Below are positions 25,801 to 37,730 of a stretch of DNA of 64,000 nucleotides, in pieces. Source of the DNA: Sphyrna mokarran (taxonomy: Eukaryota); assembly GCA_024679065.1 (NCBI GenBank), contig JAGIQG010000001.1:112344001-112408000 (forward strand), written 5' to 3'. The notes beneath the pieces were generated by a model that was not told where the DNA came from, did not search any database, and saw nothing but the letters and a program-made list of their open reading frames with translations. A program made the position numbers and the translations under genes. How positions within the stretch are numbered: position 1 is the stretch's first letter; each line of letters starts with the position of its first letter.

Positions 25801-26870
25801 ACTCCCAACACTGCTCCTCCACCAGCACCCTTGCTGTTGCCTGTGGCCAACCAGCTCAGACTGTTACAGCCTCATCCAAGATAGTGTAGTTTAAATCTGA
25901 GCCTGCAAATTCCAAAGTGGTTTAAAGTCAACCTCCAAGGCCGTTTGCCAACTCCTCCACTGAAATTCAGCAGCCTTCCAGCAGTTGATGGAGTAGTGCT
26001 GCATTGGGGCAGAAGGACAACAATACCTTTAAGGTGAGCATTTCAGAAATGTATAAGACTGAAGAGTTGAGTATTGTGTGGAGTGTTAAATGTGCTGTTG
26101 GACAAGGTTTGTACGAATGGTTGCTTTGTGGTGAGCTTATTTCGGGATTGTGACCAAATCTGTTAATAGACAGATGCTAACGTGTAGATGTTGAATAATG
26201 GAGACTTTGGAGTTCATTCATGTGGATTAGAATCAAATGATATATTCACAGATCATCCATCTGTAATGTGAATGTTCTGGCTGCCTCCTCCCTTCCTCCT
26301 CCATCCTTATGATCATGTTGGATGTGGTTACCAGGATTCAGGCCTCCCACTCTATTGGATATTGGAGGATTCCTTCAAAGCAAATGGAGTTGTTACTCCA
26401 GCATACAAATCAATTGCTCAATGATGTTCGACATGGCAGTATGCCATTCATGTAAGAGTGCTAGCCACGTGTGGTTGTGGAAGGAATTCATTAGACAGAC
26501 AAAGAGTAGAGTAGGCCCTGTTTGCTGTGTAGCCCCCTTCAGGTTTGATATGGTGACCAAAAGGTGGATTGGAACATGTTGAATGTATTGTGACTGCTGC
26601 CAGGATAGCTGGCATTCCTTGTGGATGCACAGCAACTACACTTTAATGAGTGGTACATCTCAATGAGATACATTGTCCACAAAGACACATATATGGATTC
26701 GATGGCACCCTGCACTATGGAAAAGCCACATGCAAGCTTCTCCCACTTACTCGGTTTAGAGGGAGGACAGTGACAGGTTGGGAGTGCCTGCCTCTCCCTT
26801 TCTTTTTCATCTCAACCAGCAAAAAAAGCATCAAAATCACCAGCAATGGTGCCAAATTGTGTGGTCACAA
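22900..26870. mobile_element. Decayed Harbinger element: Myb/SANT-like ORF2 on + (about 23150-23390), transposase remnant on - (about 26300-26680)
   Basis: RECASRYLNTMLELLVQDINQKRKVLF...WKQVASTVCTTS (Myb/SANT-like, RAPRFSD..LE.LV type); minus NASYPGSSHN and LMNSFHN...HTAMSNIIEQLICMLE; assigning both to one element is inferred. Confidence 0.65.
24452..25310 (-). mobile_element. Internally deleted CR1 LINE
   Basis: Tail (cataagaa)n ataggagcaggagtaggccatccagccc; RT motif AVDRGEPVDVVFLDFQKAYDKVPHKRLL (ORF 25115-25315). Confidence 0.9.
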
Positions 26871-26874
26871 ATTG

Positions 26875-27090
26875 GAATGAGGCTCTTAAAAGAGGAGGAA
26901 AAGATAGAGGCAGGCATTTTAGGGAGGGAATTCCAAAGTTTAGGGCTTGGATAGCTGAAGACATGGTCAGCTAGGGTGGATTAAAATCTGGGATATTCAG
27001 GTCCTCAGAACAGCAGGAGCACAGAGAAACTGGAATGTGGTAGGGTCGATGGAATCTGAAAACAAGAACAAGATTTTAAAAATCTAGGAA
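26875..27090 (-). mobile_element. L2-like LINE 3' fragment
   Basis: ttttagggagggaattccaaagtttagggcttggatagctgaagacatgg...gaaaacaagaacaagattttaaaa. Confidence 0.45.
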
Positions 27091-28029
27091 GCAGTTTATA
27101 AAATTATCTAAGCCCTTTAATATGTATTGTGACCTTGCCACATAATCTAACACATCTATTCTGTTTACAGTAGATATATTAGCAGTTTTCTCTTTTAATA
27201 AGGAATTTAAACTTCAAATATTATGTGCTGTGTGCACAATTATGTCAGGCACACTGGGGATTTGTTAACGAATGAAAAGTACCACTGATGGGACATGGGC
27301 ATTAAAAACTGACAGCCAGCCATTAACAAGTATTATATCCTGATAGAAAAGGAAAATTGCAAGTGTGAAGGCGAGGCACAGACATAACGACATCATTACA
27401 AATGGTGAAGATAAAAGGCCTCTTTATTTGAGCCTTCACTCAGTAATAAAGCAGAAGCATAAAACTGAAAAATGAAAACATAAAACATTTGAAAGTACCT
27501 TGTTCAGGGTCACACATTGGTCTGTCAATGATTCAAACATGTCCCTACATGGGGAAATTAGTTAAAGGCAACTAAGTCAAAAAGGTTAGCCAGCATCAAA
27601 ATCAGGTCCAATATTGCATATATCAAGCATTAATGGATTGGATTTTCTTTAGTCTGGCTCATCCTTTTATTTCTTTGTAAAATTAGGTTATGTACTCCTG
27701 TCTTTATGGAGTGGAGTTGTCATAGTAAACTAGAGAAACAAATATGCTATGGAGCCTGTTGCTGGCCTTGTTCTAACATCTGTCCATGAGAAAGACCAAT
27801 GTCACACAATTGTAGTCAACTGAACCCACTAATATATAAAATAGTGGCCTTAACGGAGTGGATAGCAATTTAAAAGTATGTAACTATTACAAACATTAAT
27901 TTTTGAATCTCATTACTTCAATAGAGCCCCTCCCTATCCCCACACATAAGTGTATGGGATTGAGCTCGCATGAGGCATAAATATGCATATATACCCCCAG
28001 GTCTCTCCATTCCTATTCCAGACCTTTAC

Positions 28030-28222
28030 CATGTCTGCATGGGTTTCCTCTGGGTGCTCCAGTTCCCTCCCATAGTCCAAAAGATGTGCTGGTTAGGTGC
28101 ATTGGCCATGCTAAATTCTTCCTCAATGTACGTAAATAGGCACCAGAGTGTGGCAACTACAAGATTTTCAGAGTAATTTCATTGTCGTGTTAACGTAAGC
28201 CTACTTGCGAATTAATAAATTT
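28030..28222 (+). mobile_element. V-SINE fragment
   Basis: catgtctgcatgggtttcctctgggtgctccagttccctcccatagtccaaaagatgtgctggttaggtgcattggccatgctaaatt (V domain). Confidence 0.75.
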
Positions 28223-28367
28223 AAAATGTGTCACTTCACTTCCCTGTATGATGTTTCATCTGCCCTTTTCACCAGTCTGTCTATGGCTTCTTGAATTTAG
28301 TACTTTGAACTTCACAATTCCCAAGTCATCCATAAATTTTGAAACTATGCACTATACATCCAAGTCT

Positions 28368-28680
28368 GTGGCAGTCTTGTGGTGCTGAGGATTACACCTT
28401 GTCTTTGAGCCAGAAACTCCAGGTTCGAGTCCTATTCCAGGACCTGATGGCCAAAGAAATTGTGTCCAAAATGTAGTCGAAAAAGTTGAATAGCAACCTG
28501 CAAACTTCTTCCAACACATCGATGACAGGCAATAAAAGCAGAGGTGATACTTGATGCAAAGTGGCACCCCTAAAATTGTAAGCCTCTGACGATAGACCAG
28601 TGACTTGTTTCAGGAAAAGCTATCTATGGAATCAGAAGATGATCTGCTTCGTGCACCACTTAAGTGTGGAAAGAGGAACA
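28368..28680 (+). mobile_element. tRNA-derived SINE (related minus-strand copy near 30730-31000)
   Basis: A-box-like gtggtgctgagg, B-box ggttcgagtcc; body gatggcc...aaaaagttgaatagcaacctgcaaac mirrored at 30870-30960. Confidence 0.5.
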
Positions 28681-28999
28681 ACACCTAAGTCTAGTCAACT
28701 AATACATATCAAAAAAGTAATGGCCCGGTATCAACTATGTGCCTTCCTCTGATCAAAAAACAACTGTTCACCAATACTGTCTTAACTGTCATTCAGCTTT
28801 GTATCTATGCTGCCAATGTCCTTTTTGTCATTGAGCTTCAACTTTGCTAGCACTTTTATGAAATGGTATTTAGAAATCCACATACACCACATTAACTACT
28901 TGTTCTTATTGACCCTCCCAATTACCTCATCAAAAACTCAAGCAAATAAGTTAAATGCAAATACAATCAAATACACAATTTACCTTTAACAGATCCATG

Positions 29000-29760
29000 C
29001 TGCTTGCCTTAGGTGTTTCAGTGAAGGATATTGGTCTCCAACCACCACAGCCAACATGTCTTGTGCTAGGTAGGGCTGCATTCACCAACACCTCCCAACC
29101 AAATGTCTATCAGTTTTAGGTCAAATCCAGCCTCAATGTCAAGACCAATCACTCTCATCTCACTCCTGGAATTCAGTTTTTTCTTCCATGTTTAGGCCAA
29201 GGCTTTAACAAGGCCCGGAACCAACTCATTTGCAAATCCTGAATTGAGCCTGGGTGACTTGGTTATCAGTAAGTAATTATCGCTTGATAGCATTGTTAAC
29301 AACTCATTTCATCACACTGCTGGCAATTGAGAGTAGACTGATAGAACTGGAAATGACTAGATTAGATTTGGCCTGTTCTTTATGGTCAGAATATACAAAC
29401 ATGTCTGGGCATTTTTGCACATTGTTAGCTAAATGGCAGCATTGGAGGCATGGCATATTCTGCAGTACAAGTCTTCAGCACAATAAACAGGCTTTCTTCA
29501 GGGCCATTACCTTTGATGTAATCAGCACATTCGGCTATTCTTATATCACATGGAATGAATCAAACTGGCTAAAGACTGGCATCTCTTGTGGTGAAGACCT
29601 CAGGAGACTGAAATGGATCATTGACTCAGATTGTTACACATGTGTCTTCCTTACCTTTTACACTGATGAGCTCGGTTTCCCCATCATTGCAGTTGGTAGT
29701 TTAACTGTCCACAACAATTGGATATGGCAGAACTGCAGAGCCTGGATCTAATCCATTCTT
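29000..29760 (-). mobile_element. Decayed CR1/L2-group LINE reverse-transcriptase fragment
   Basis: Minus strand gives ISLLSIASSVMK*VVNNAIKR*LLTDNQVTQAQF, RT N-terminal motif with stops. Confidence 0.65.
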
Positions 29761-30435
29761 ATAGATGGCTGATCCCATGATGTTGTATTATATACCACAT
29801 AACTACCATAGTATAAATCTATGACATGTATCATATAGCTGAAATTTTGCATTATCTTTTGAATTTAGCTAAAATTATTTCATTGATTTAAATGAATAAT
29901 TATATCAAGTGATTCTATGATCTGAATGGAAAAAAATGTGCATTATCAATTTCTTAACTGGCACACTTGTTTAACTGGAAACTTGTAAATGGGATTTGCA
30001 TCTTAATACACAAAAATGAGTCTATTGTTGATTGAGCTAAGGAAAATCTATTGAGTTCTACAGTTGCATAATGCATTCTGATTCATGTCTTGTCGGTTAG
30101 TGGAACTGTTGAAATATTTCAATATGCTATTGCGAAGTACACCTAAAAACCAGCTTCAGAAATGAAACATTATAAAGAAAGTTTGTTGCAGTTAAAGTGT
30201 TGTTTCATCTTTTAGTGACGTTTGATGGAACGTCAGACTTTCTAAGACAACTATGTTCAGTATAACTTTAGAGATTATGAGCAGTAATTCAGAATGATAT
30301 TTTGTATAAAAATAAGGTAATTATGGGCATCTCTCTCCATTAGAAAGAGACTATAAGTTACATATAACTTAATGGATACCTATCCACAACGTACATTAAG
30401 AAACCAGACCTCTGTGAACAACAACAGAAAATCCA

Positions 30436-30510
30436 TAGCCCAACGTAGGGATTGAAGCCAGCCCTCGGCATCTTTTTGCAATAGTCTCTAGCCAAATGAG
30501 CTAACTGACC
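30436..30510 (-). pseudogene. tRNA-like pseudogene or isolated tRNA-SINE head
   Basis: GGTCAGTTAGCTCATTTGGCTAGAG...GGCTTCAATCCCTACGTTGGGCTA: recognisable A/B boxes, degenerate anticodon arm. Confidence 0.45.
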
Positions 30511-33029
30511 TCATAGAATATATGGTTATTATAATTTTGAGTGAGTTAACTCATATTTGCCAATATTTCTCCTCATTTGTAGATTTGGTGGTTGTAAAAA
30601 AAATCCTCTGATCTTTGTTTGATGTTAGCCAATCCAGGTAAACATGGGAATATATTCTGAGTTCGTGTTAAATCCAAACAGCAGATAACCCCCAATAATT
30701 TAGAAGACTGAGATACATGACTGACATGCTTGTGTCTATTTTCTATAGCTAGTTTTTCTTGGAACAGGTCACTAGTCTGAAGCCACAGCTTGAGGGGCAT
30801 CATTCTGCATCAAGCATGGATGACCAGAAATTTATCCTACTCTCACTACCTTCCATTGTCATATGTTGGGAGGATTTACAGGTTGCTATTCAATCTGTTT
30901 GACCATATTATGAATACATCTTCTGTAGTTATCAAGTGCTGGAGTGGGATTGAATCCAGAGCATTTGGTTCAATGAAAGGGACACTCAATCTCTCAATCA
31001 CCCAATATGCTGCAAGGCCTCCTTTCAAACCCAAATAAGATGGATGTTACCTCAAGTCATACATTCTTCCAGGGCAGAACATAAAAAGGGCATATTCTGG
31101 GTCATTAAAAACGAGGCCCACTTTATGGGAAACAGCTATGAAATTGCAGTTATGGAAGTCCTTACAATAAGACAGCATGTGGCAATGATTTTGGTTAAAC
31201 TATATACATCAAATTTCTTGTACTTTTTGAATGATCACAAATGGAGAGCAGAGGGGACCGGCATTGAATCAATATTAGTCTATTATATTATAACTTCCAT
31301 CATCAAGTACATGAGAAAAGACAATGGTTTGATAATTTGGAAGATTGTCAATGCCAACCTACATTCTACTCACTGGTAGCACAATAGTTATCAACATATT
31401 CTCTGTATATTTTGGTAGTTTGTTTAAAATTCCACAGAGTTGGGCAACATTTCCTGTTTCATCAAATCCACTGTTCCAAAAGGGATGTGTACATATTTTT
31501 GCCACTTTCAATTTCTTCACCAAATGAAACTGCGCTGGACAAATTGAGGAACATAATTTCAGTTAGGGACTCGCTTTTATACAAATCATTTAATATTATA
31601 TTGTGAAAACTTTCATGAGGTCTTTGCAAATATTTTTTTCATTTAGACTGCAGGATAGACAGGCTGCTGAAATTTCTAATCGTCAAAGCTGCTTGGGGCA
31701 ATGTCCAGAAGCGCTAACCTCCTCTGGGCCATTGCACTGTGCTGCGAACCATCCAAAAATGTGATTTAATTTGCTAACTTCATATGATTCTGTCATCTAT
31801 TACCAGTAGTTACTCCAAAAAATTTAGAAGAGTTAACATCTTTCCTAACACTTGGGTTAATTCTTTAACAATTGTAAACATCCAGACTAATCCTCCCATG
31901 GGAAAACCCCAATACCCCCAAGGTACTACCCCACAACTGTAACTACTCCCCCAATGGTTTTCGCTACTAACCTGATTCCCCAAGGGTTTCCCCAGGCAAT
32001 TGGACCTAATACCCCACCCCCACAGTCCATGGACCCATTCTCTCTCATTCGAATAAGCTCACCCAACCTCTGTCCTCTAATTTGACCACCGCACCCATCC
32101 CACTTCCCATCCCCAACCCTGCCAACTACTCAAATCCATGTACCTTGGACACTTAACTTCACCCTGGCCTTTCAATTTCACTGAGCCCTTTAAATGTAGC
32201 TGCTTTATAATTAAAAAGGATACATGGCCTCCTTGAATCTGCTGGAGCTGGATGGTGCTGAGGCCTGTGGGGCCTCTTTCACAGATTGGAAGTTCAAACA
32301 GTTTTCAAGGCCAGGAAAGTGGCACTAAAGTCTTCTAATTCCCGTCATACTTTGCTTTCTAACGCTTTTTGGAAAACATTGGGCCATAAATTCCATTTTG
32401 TGACTCTTTACTGCTCTGCCAAATAGATGCCTGAAGGAAACTTTGTAATTCCTGGTCTCAAATGCCTGACACAGTCCACTGTCCCTTACAACTCTGTTCA
32501 TTGTTAGAAAACATATTACATTCTCTTAAAATTAATAGCATTTAACATGGACCATAACTAAACTCTTTTTTTTAAGGATTTAATGATCAATATTTACTTC
32601 CACTAATTGCATTAGCATGGACAGAGACAATTGAATAAATTCACCATTTCCATGTTCTGAGACAGCCATGGCTCTAATGTTGCTGATCCATCAATAAATA
32701 CCAAACTCTGATTATGGCTGCCTACTGAGTATGCAGGACCAGTGAATTTAAAATTCCACTCCCTGATATTTTAGATCATTTCAGCAGGACATTAGAGGAA
32801 GAAGATTCACCAGCAAAGTCAGAACCAACGTGATACTGAAAATATTCTAACATATTAATCTTTGATGCAATGGCTTATTGGGTGGAAGTTATGCAGTATG
32901 TCACACAGACCAGGAGAAGCTGTACTTAATTCACAGACTGCACTGAGTGAAGTGATCTCAGCAATTGGCACTTGACATTTGCCCCAAAATGAGACTGAGC
33001 TTGATACTTAAAGCTGCCAGCCTTTGTGC

Positions 33030-34560
33030 TGGTTTCCCAAAACTGTTATAACAATGATTTTTCTCTGCAGGGGGAAGCCAGGAACTGACTCATTTGTATT
33101 ACTATCCAATTAGACAGTAGGGCATTTTCACAGGTAATCTTTCGAAAGCTGATCTGTTTCAGAACAAAGCTGCTTTGTACACTGGCACCCAGGACCATGA
33201 TGGCAAGAAGCTGAGATTGCATGATACCAGACTGAACTCCCACCATAGCATTCAGATATTGGATGGATGATGCATGTGCGGCAATGGAAACTGAGACATC
33301 AGACACTGCATCACATTTGACTCCATGTGTGTTGATAGAGATGGCCACCATTTCATGTTGAAAGGGCTCCAAGCTCTGTGCAAATCCCTATATCAAGTTA
33401 GTGCTGATATCCCCCATGTTCCTTGACATTGAGGAGAAGCTTTCTGGCGGGGTTTGCAATACCTGATGTATTTGAGTGTAGACACCCATCAGCCTTCTTC
33501 TGTAACCTGGCCCATTGAAGTGAAGATCTTAGTTCTCTGCAGCAGAACTGCAGAGTTAGCAGCTGTGTTGCACTTTCCTTCTGCCCTGACTACTGTTAAC
33601 TTGTATTCAGGGTCTTGCCAAGTGCAAGATCCTACCTTTATGCTTCCCTTTAATCACACACACTGGCTGTAACTGTGCTGGTGGCTGTAACTGCAAAATT
33701 GAATGTTGTGCCTTCGTTTTCATTATCGTTTTGTTCTTATCCATTGTCTGACCAGGTTGCAACTCTTCGGTAAGAAAAAAGAAAAAGGGACAAAGATAGG
33801 ATTGTGATGGGAGAAGTGGAGGCAAATTATAAGTATATATGTCAGAAGACATTGTGGGATGAGGGAGAAGTAGAATGACAGAGGGAGGATTAAGACTGTA
33901 AGTAGCCTCATTTTTAAAGGCTTCAGCCCCACTGATGACCACAGTCACAGCAATGGCCTATCTCATAATAATCAGCATTGTCTCCTTCACAGCAGTAACA
34001 GAAAATGCTGGAAAATTTCCGCAAGTCTGACAGTATCTGTGGAGAAAGAATGGAGCCAACATTTTGAGTCTGGATGACTCTGCATTAGAGCTCCTTCTTG
34101 TGAGTTAGAACGCAGTTGTGCTTTTCTGTCTGTGGTTAATTCCTGCAATCTCTAGTCATGTGCCATCTTCTCTTACAAGCAAGGGGGAAGTGTGTCAGTG
34201 AATGTTGTGTAATCTGTGTGGAGATGAGAATTTAAGATTTGCAACAGTGCCAAGTGTGGGAGCCTGATGTGAAGCATGTGCCAATTAGAGATTGTTGGGA
34301 GGTGAGTGATGGCAATGTGGAGAATTGAGCAGTAGCTCAGACTAATGGTGCCATTAGCAGGATATGGCATTTGAAGATTTATTCATGTAATACTTGGGAA
34401 ATAACCATAATGCGTGCAGTCAATGATGAGGGCAGATGGAGCTGGCTGAACTTAGAAATCATAATAAGAAGTAGGCAGCAAAAAGTTACCATTCTGCCTG
34501 CATTTGGGTTAATTTCTCAATGCAATCCTATGCCTGTTTTGGGGACTATCCAGCTTAACA
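33030..34560 (-). mobile_element. Probable Harbinger ORF2 remnant, with a Penelope-derived short repeat at about 33995-34092
   Basis: ORF 33046-33372 low-complexity coiled region (SIAAHASSIQYLNAMVGVQSGIMQSQLLAIM); layout similar to the ORF2 region at 23400-23800; cagaaaatgctggaaaat...tctgtggagaaagaatggagccaac. Confidence 0.4.
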
Positions 34561-35239
34561 TTTAAATTCAGTCCTTGCCTGTTCTCTAGATTTTATTGAT
34601 TTTGTACTTGGGCCCCAAAATTCCTCTGCTCCTCAACAGCTCCTGTCTTCCAATCACTGAAAAAAATACTCTGATCTATTTTGTTTCTGTCCAAAGTGGA
34701 TAACCTCACACTTCCCAATGTAAAATCCAAATGCCAGTTTTGCCCACTCACTTAATCTACCAATGTTCCTTAAAAGTATTTAGCTCTTTTTATGCAACTT
34801 GTGAAAAAGACTGCAGTTTTGTTTTGAGAACAGCACATTAGGCTTCACATTTTAACATTCACGTTCAGATATGAACTTTCACCATCAAATCTTAACTCAG
34901 AGTTATAGATTCACTGCCCTTTACACATTCTTCATGATTTCCACTTCCTTTTAAGTTAATAGAAAGGAAATTTATGAAGCAGCCAATCCTACATGTTGAT
35001 ATTATTGCCTGATGGTGAAAGTTAAAATCCACCCTTGTTTTTATTACTGCATCAAATTATATCCATTTAAAGAAAAAAAAACGTGTATGAATGTAGTCCA
35101 TTCCTAGCCCACAAGGTAGACCAATGAGCTTCATTGTAAAAATAACATTTCATATTCTGCATTGATACATAAACTTTAGTTAAAAAAATGCTTTGGTGAA
35201 AATATATAAAAGAACTATAACAACATAGACCAGCTTCAT

Positions 35240-36417
35240 TCACATTAAATAGAACATCCTTTATTAGTTAAAAACCTCATGATAGGTAACATAGTAGTCA
35301 GTTTGCTTATGTCATTAGCTCAACATACTGATGTAATGAAAAAAATAACAGCACCACAATTGGATCACTCAACTAACACCATGGACAAGTGCTCATTGAG
35401 AGGGCTGATCCATATTGAAAAATGTTGACAGTGTTTTGTTTCTCATCAATACATAATAGAATAATTGAAGACAATAGTGTGCTATTGGATCCCACCAGTA
35501 GTGTCCGTTGGGATCCTCATACAGTAATATAACAATTCAAATATGATTTGCCACACAGCTCTATTAAACAGTTTAATATTGACTCTGAAATGTGCTTGTA
35601 CTACTTCACTACACAGGATATAAAAGCAACAATATATATGATACAGTAAAGAATAGTGGAATTTGTTTAAAATAAAACATTTAAACTGAGATTATATTGG
35701 GGTTGCTAACAGTGTCCAAATATTTAACAATACCATTCTGATTTTGGTTTGTTTGAAGTTCTATTTCCCACATGTATAAAAATGATAATTGAAAAACAAA
35801 TTTTTCAAGTTGAAATAAAGTCAACGAGGACAACAATCATTTAGAAACACACAAGCTGACTGTTGTACAAGTTAACCTGGATGAACTTTGCCTCTAACTC
35901 AGAATTGCACTTAAAAAAAGGATATTTACACATCTCATCCAGTTATAAACAAACTTTTACGTGAAACACATATGAGTGCTTGGGTGGAAACAAGGCAATA
36001 ATACTCAAGTGTAAGTTTAGTGGTTTGATCTTTTGCAGGTATTTTTATACAATTCAAATAATCATTTAGCTCAGCTATAAAAAAGAAAAATTTGAATATT
36101 TAAAAGCATGCACAATGATTGAGCTACCAGTAGAAAAATATTGACAGAGATTATGGACAGACAGAAAATACTTCACCAAAGGCATCTAGTTTTCAAAACA
36201 GCTTATGAACAGATATGCACCTGGTTTAATAAGTACTGTATTAATGCGGTACATGGTTGCATAGAATGAGGTAGCTCAATTGCAAAATGGATCACACAGC
36301 ACAATCACTACCACTCAAACAATTTTCCCTTTTATTAGTTTTTTTTAAAAGACCATTCTCTTCCCCACAAATCCCGCCACAAAAAATTACATATTTTGTA
36401 ATAAAAATTGTCAATCA
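35240..36417 (-). other. FRAS1: Probable FRAS1 3' UTR
   Basis: AT-rich stretch after the stop with no recognisable repeats; minus-strand AATAAA at 36331-36336, 35260-35265 and 35040-35045; true end not determinable. Confidence 0.55.
35260..35265 (-). terminator. Candidate FRAS1 polyadenylation signal
   Basis: AATAAA on minus followed by a GU/U-rich tract (ggtctatgttgttatagttcttttatatatttt). Confidence 0.4.
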
Positions 36418-36996
36418 TCAAACTTCTGTGCCATCCTGTAAGTTATTTTGAAGCTTAATGTTGAGGTTCACCTGCTTAACCTTGACACCTTTTACCCAAA
36501 TGATATCATCATTTTTATTTAAAATATTGATATTTTTCTCTGTGCAGTGCTTGCTATTTAAATTCTTCTCCAACCTATTCAATGCCTTGTTGCAAATTTC
36601 AACTTTTGTGTTTAGTGGATATTCCTCTGGCATCTCCTTGGGCAATTTCTTCTTATGTTTACATTTTCTTGCTAAAAAGCAAGCAGCAGTAAGGAACAGG
36701 AGTAACAGCATTACAGCAGCGACAGCACCGCCTATTGATGCCTCTTTGTGTGAGGTCAATGCCATAGCTTCAGACTCCAACCTTAAGTTCTTCATGTTGG
36801 TGCCATTCTTGACCTGATCATTCTCATTATCATAAATCAAAGAGTCATCAAGTGTTAGCTTGCCATACTTATCCACCAGGTCCCGCTTTTGGCGTGGGAG
36901 TTGATAGCTGAGTGAACGTTGAACCCGTGGTCCAGAAAGTGATTCTGGACCAATAATGTAGATGACTTGCAAGTACCACTGGTGGCCAGCTTCCAC
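36418..36996 (-). CDS. FRAS1: FRAS1 terminal coding exon (TM helix, cytoplasmic tail, PDZ ligand)
   Basis: ttatcag|GTG GAA GCT...TGA; 579 nt; VEAGHQWYLQVIYIIGP...RVQRS...RQKRD...IGGAVAAVMLLLLFLTAACFLA (TM)...NNLQDGTEV*. Confidence 0.97.
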   Translation of the reverse strand: MEAGHQWYLQVIYIIGPESLSGPRVQRSLSYQLPRQKRDLVDKYGKLTLDDSLIYDNENDQVKNGTNMKNLRLESEAMALTSHKEASIGGAVAAVMLLLLFLTAACFLARKCKHKKKLPKEMPEEYPLNTKVEICNKALNRLEKNLNSKHCTEKNINILNKNDDIIWVKGVKVKQVNLNIKLQNNLQDGTEV

Positions 36997-37149
36997 CTGA
37001 TAAGAAATAACAAAGCTATAGAATAGAAAGAAGTTTTGCCAATGGTATTTTAAAATGTACAGGCAGGACTCAATTAAAACCTGGCAATGGTCATCTTTAC
37101 CAAGAGAGAATCTAACCATTTCTCATTGACAATCAATTGCATGACCACA

Positions 37150-37730
37150 TGATCAACAATGGGAGTTACATAACTGGACCAGCCACATAAATATTTTGCT
37201 ACAAGAACAGGTCAGAGGCTGAGATTTCCACAGCAAATAACTCAGCTCATGAATCTCCAAAGCACATCCATCCATATAAGGTACAAGTCAGGAATGTGAT
37301 TTAAACTTGCTTGGATGAATGCAGCTCTAACACTCAAAAAGCCTCACACCACCCAGGACAAAGCAGTCTGCTTGATCAACAATCTATCCATTACCTTGCC
37401 TTCCACCACTATCACACAAACGGTAGCTCTGTAAACCATTTGCAAGATGCACTGCAACAACCAATGTCCCTTAGACGGCATCTTCAAAATCTATGACCTC
37501 TGCCACGTAAAAGGACAAGGGTGGCAGATAATGGAAATACCAGCACTTGCAAGTTCTTCCCAAACACGCTGAATGGAATATGAGTGCTATTCCTTCAATG
37601 CTGAACTCCCTTCCAACAGCACCATATGTGTATCTAAAGCAGATAGACTACAGCAATTCATCACCACAAGGGTTAATTAGGGATGAATATATAAATGCTG
37701 GTCTTGACAGTGATGCTCACATCCCATTTT
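37150..37730 (+). mobile_element. CR1/L2-group LINE 3' fragment in last FRAS1 intron
   Basis: aactggaccagccacataaat...acaagaacaggtcagaggctgag...aaggtacaagtcaggaatgtgat...ttagggatgaatatataaatgctggtcttgacagtgatgctcacatccc. Confidence 0.7.

Noticed and set aside
29254-29751. 165-aa plus-strand ORF
   Set aside because: Antisense shadow of a decayed LINE reverse-transcriptase fragment
30436-30510. Functional tRNA
   Set aside because: T-loop and anticodon arm degenerate; kept only as a pseudogene or SINE head
36458-36817. 119-aa hydrophobic plus-strand ORF
   Set aside because: Antisense shadow of the FRAS1 terminal exon
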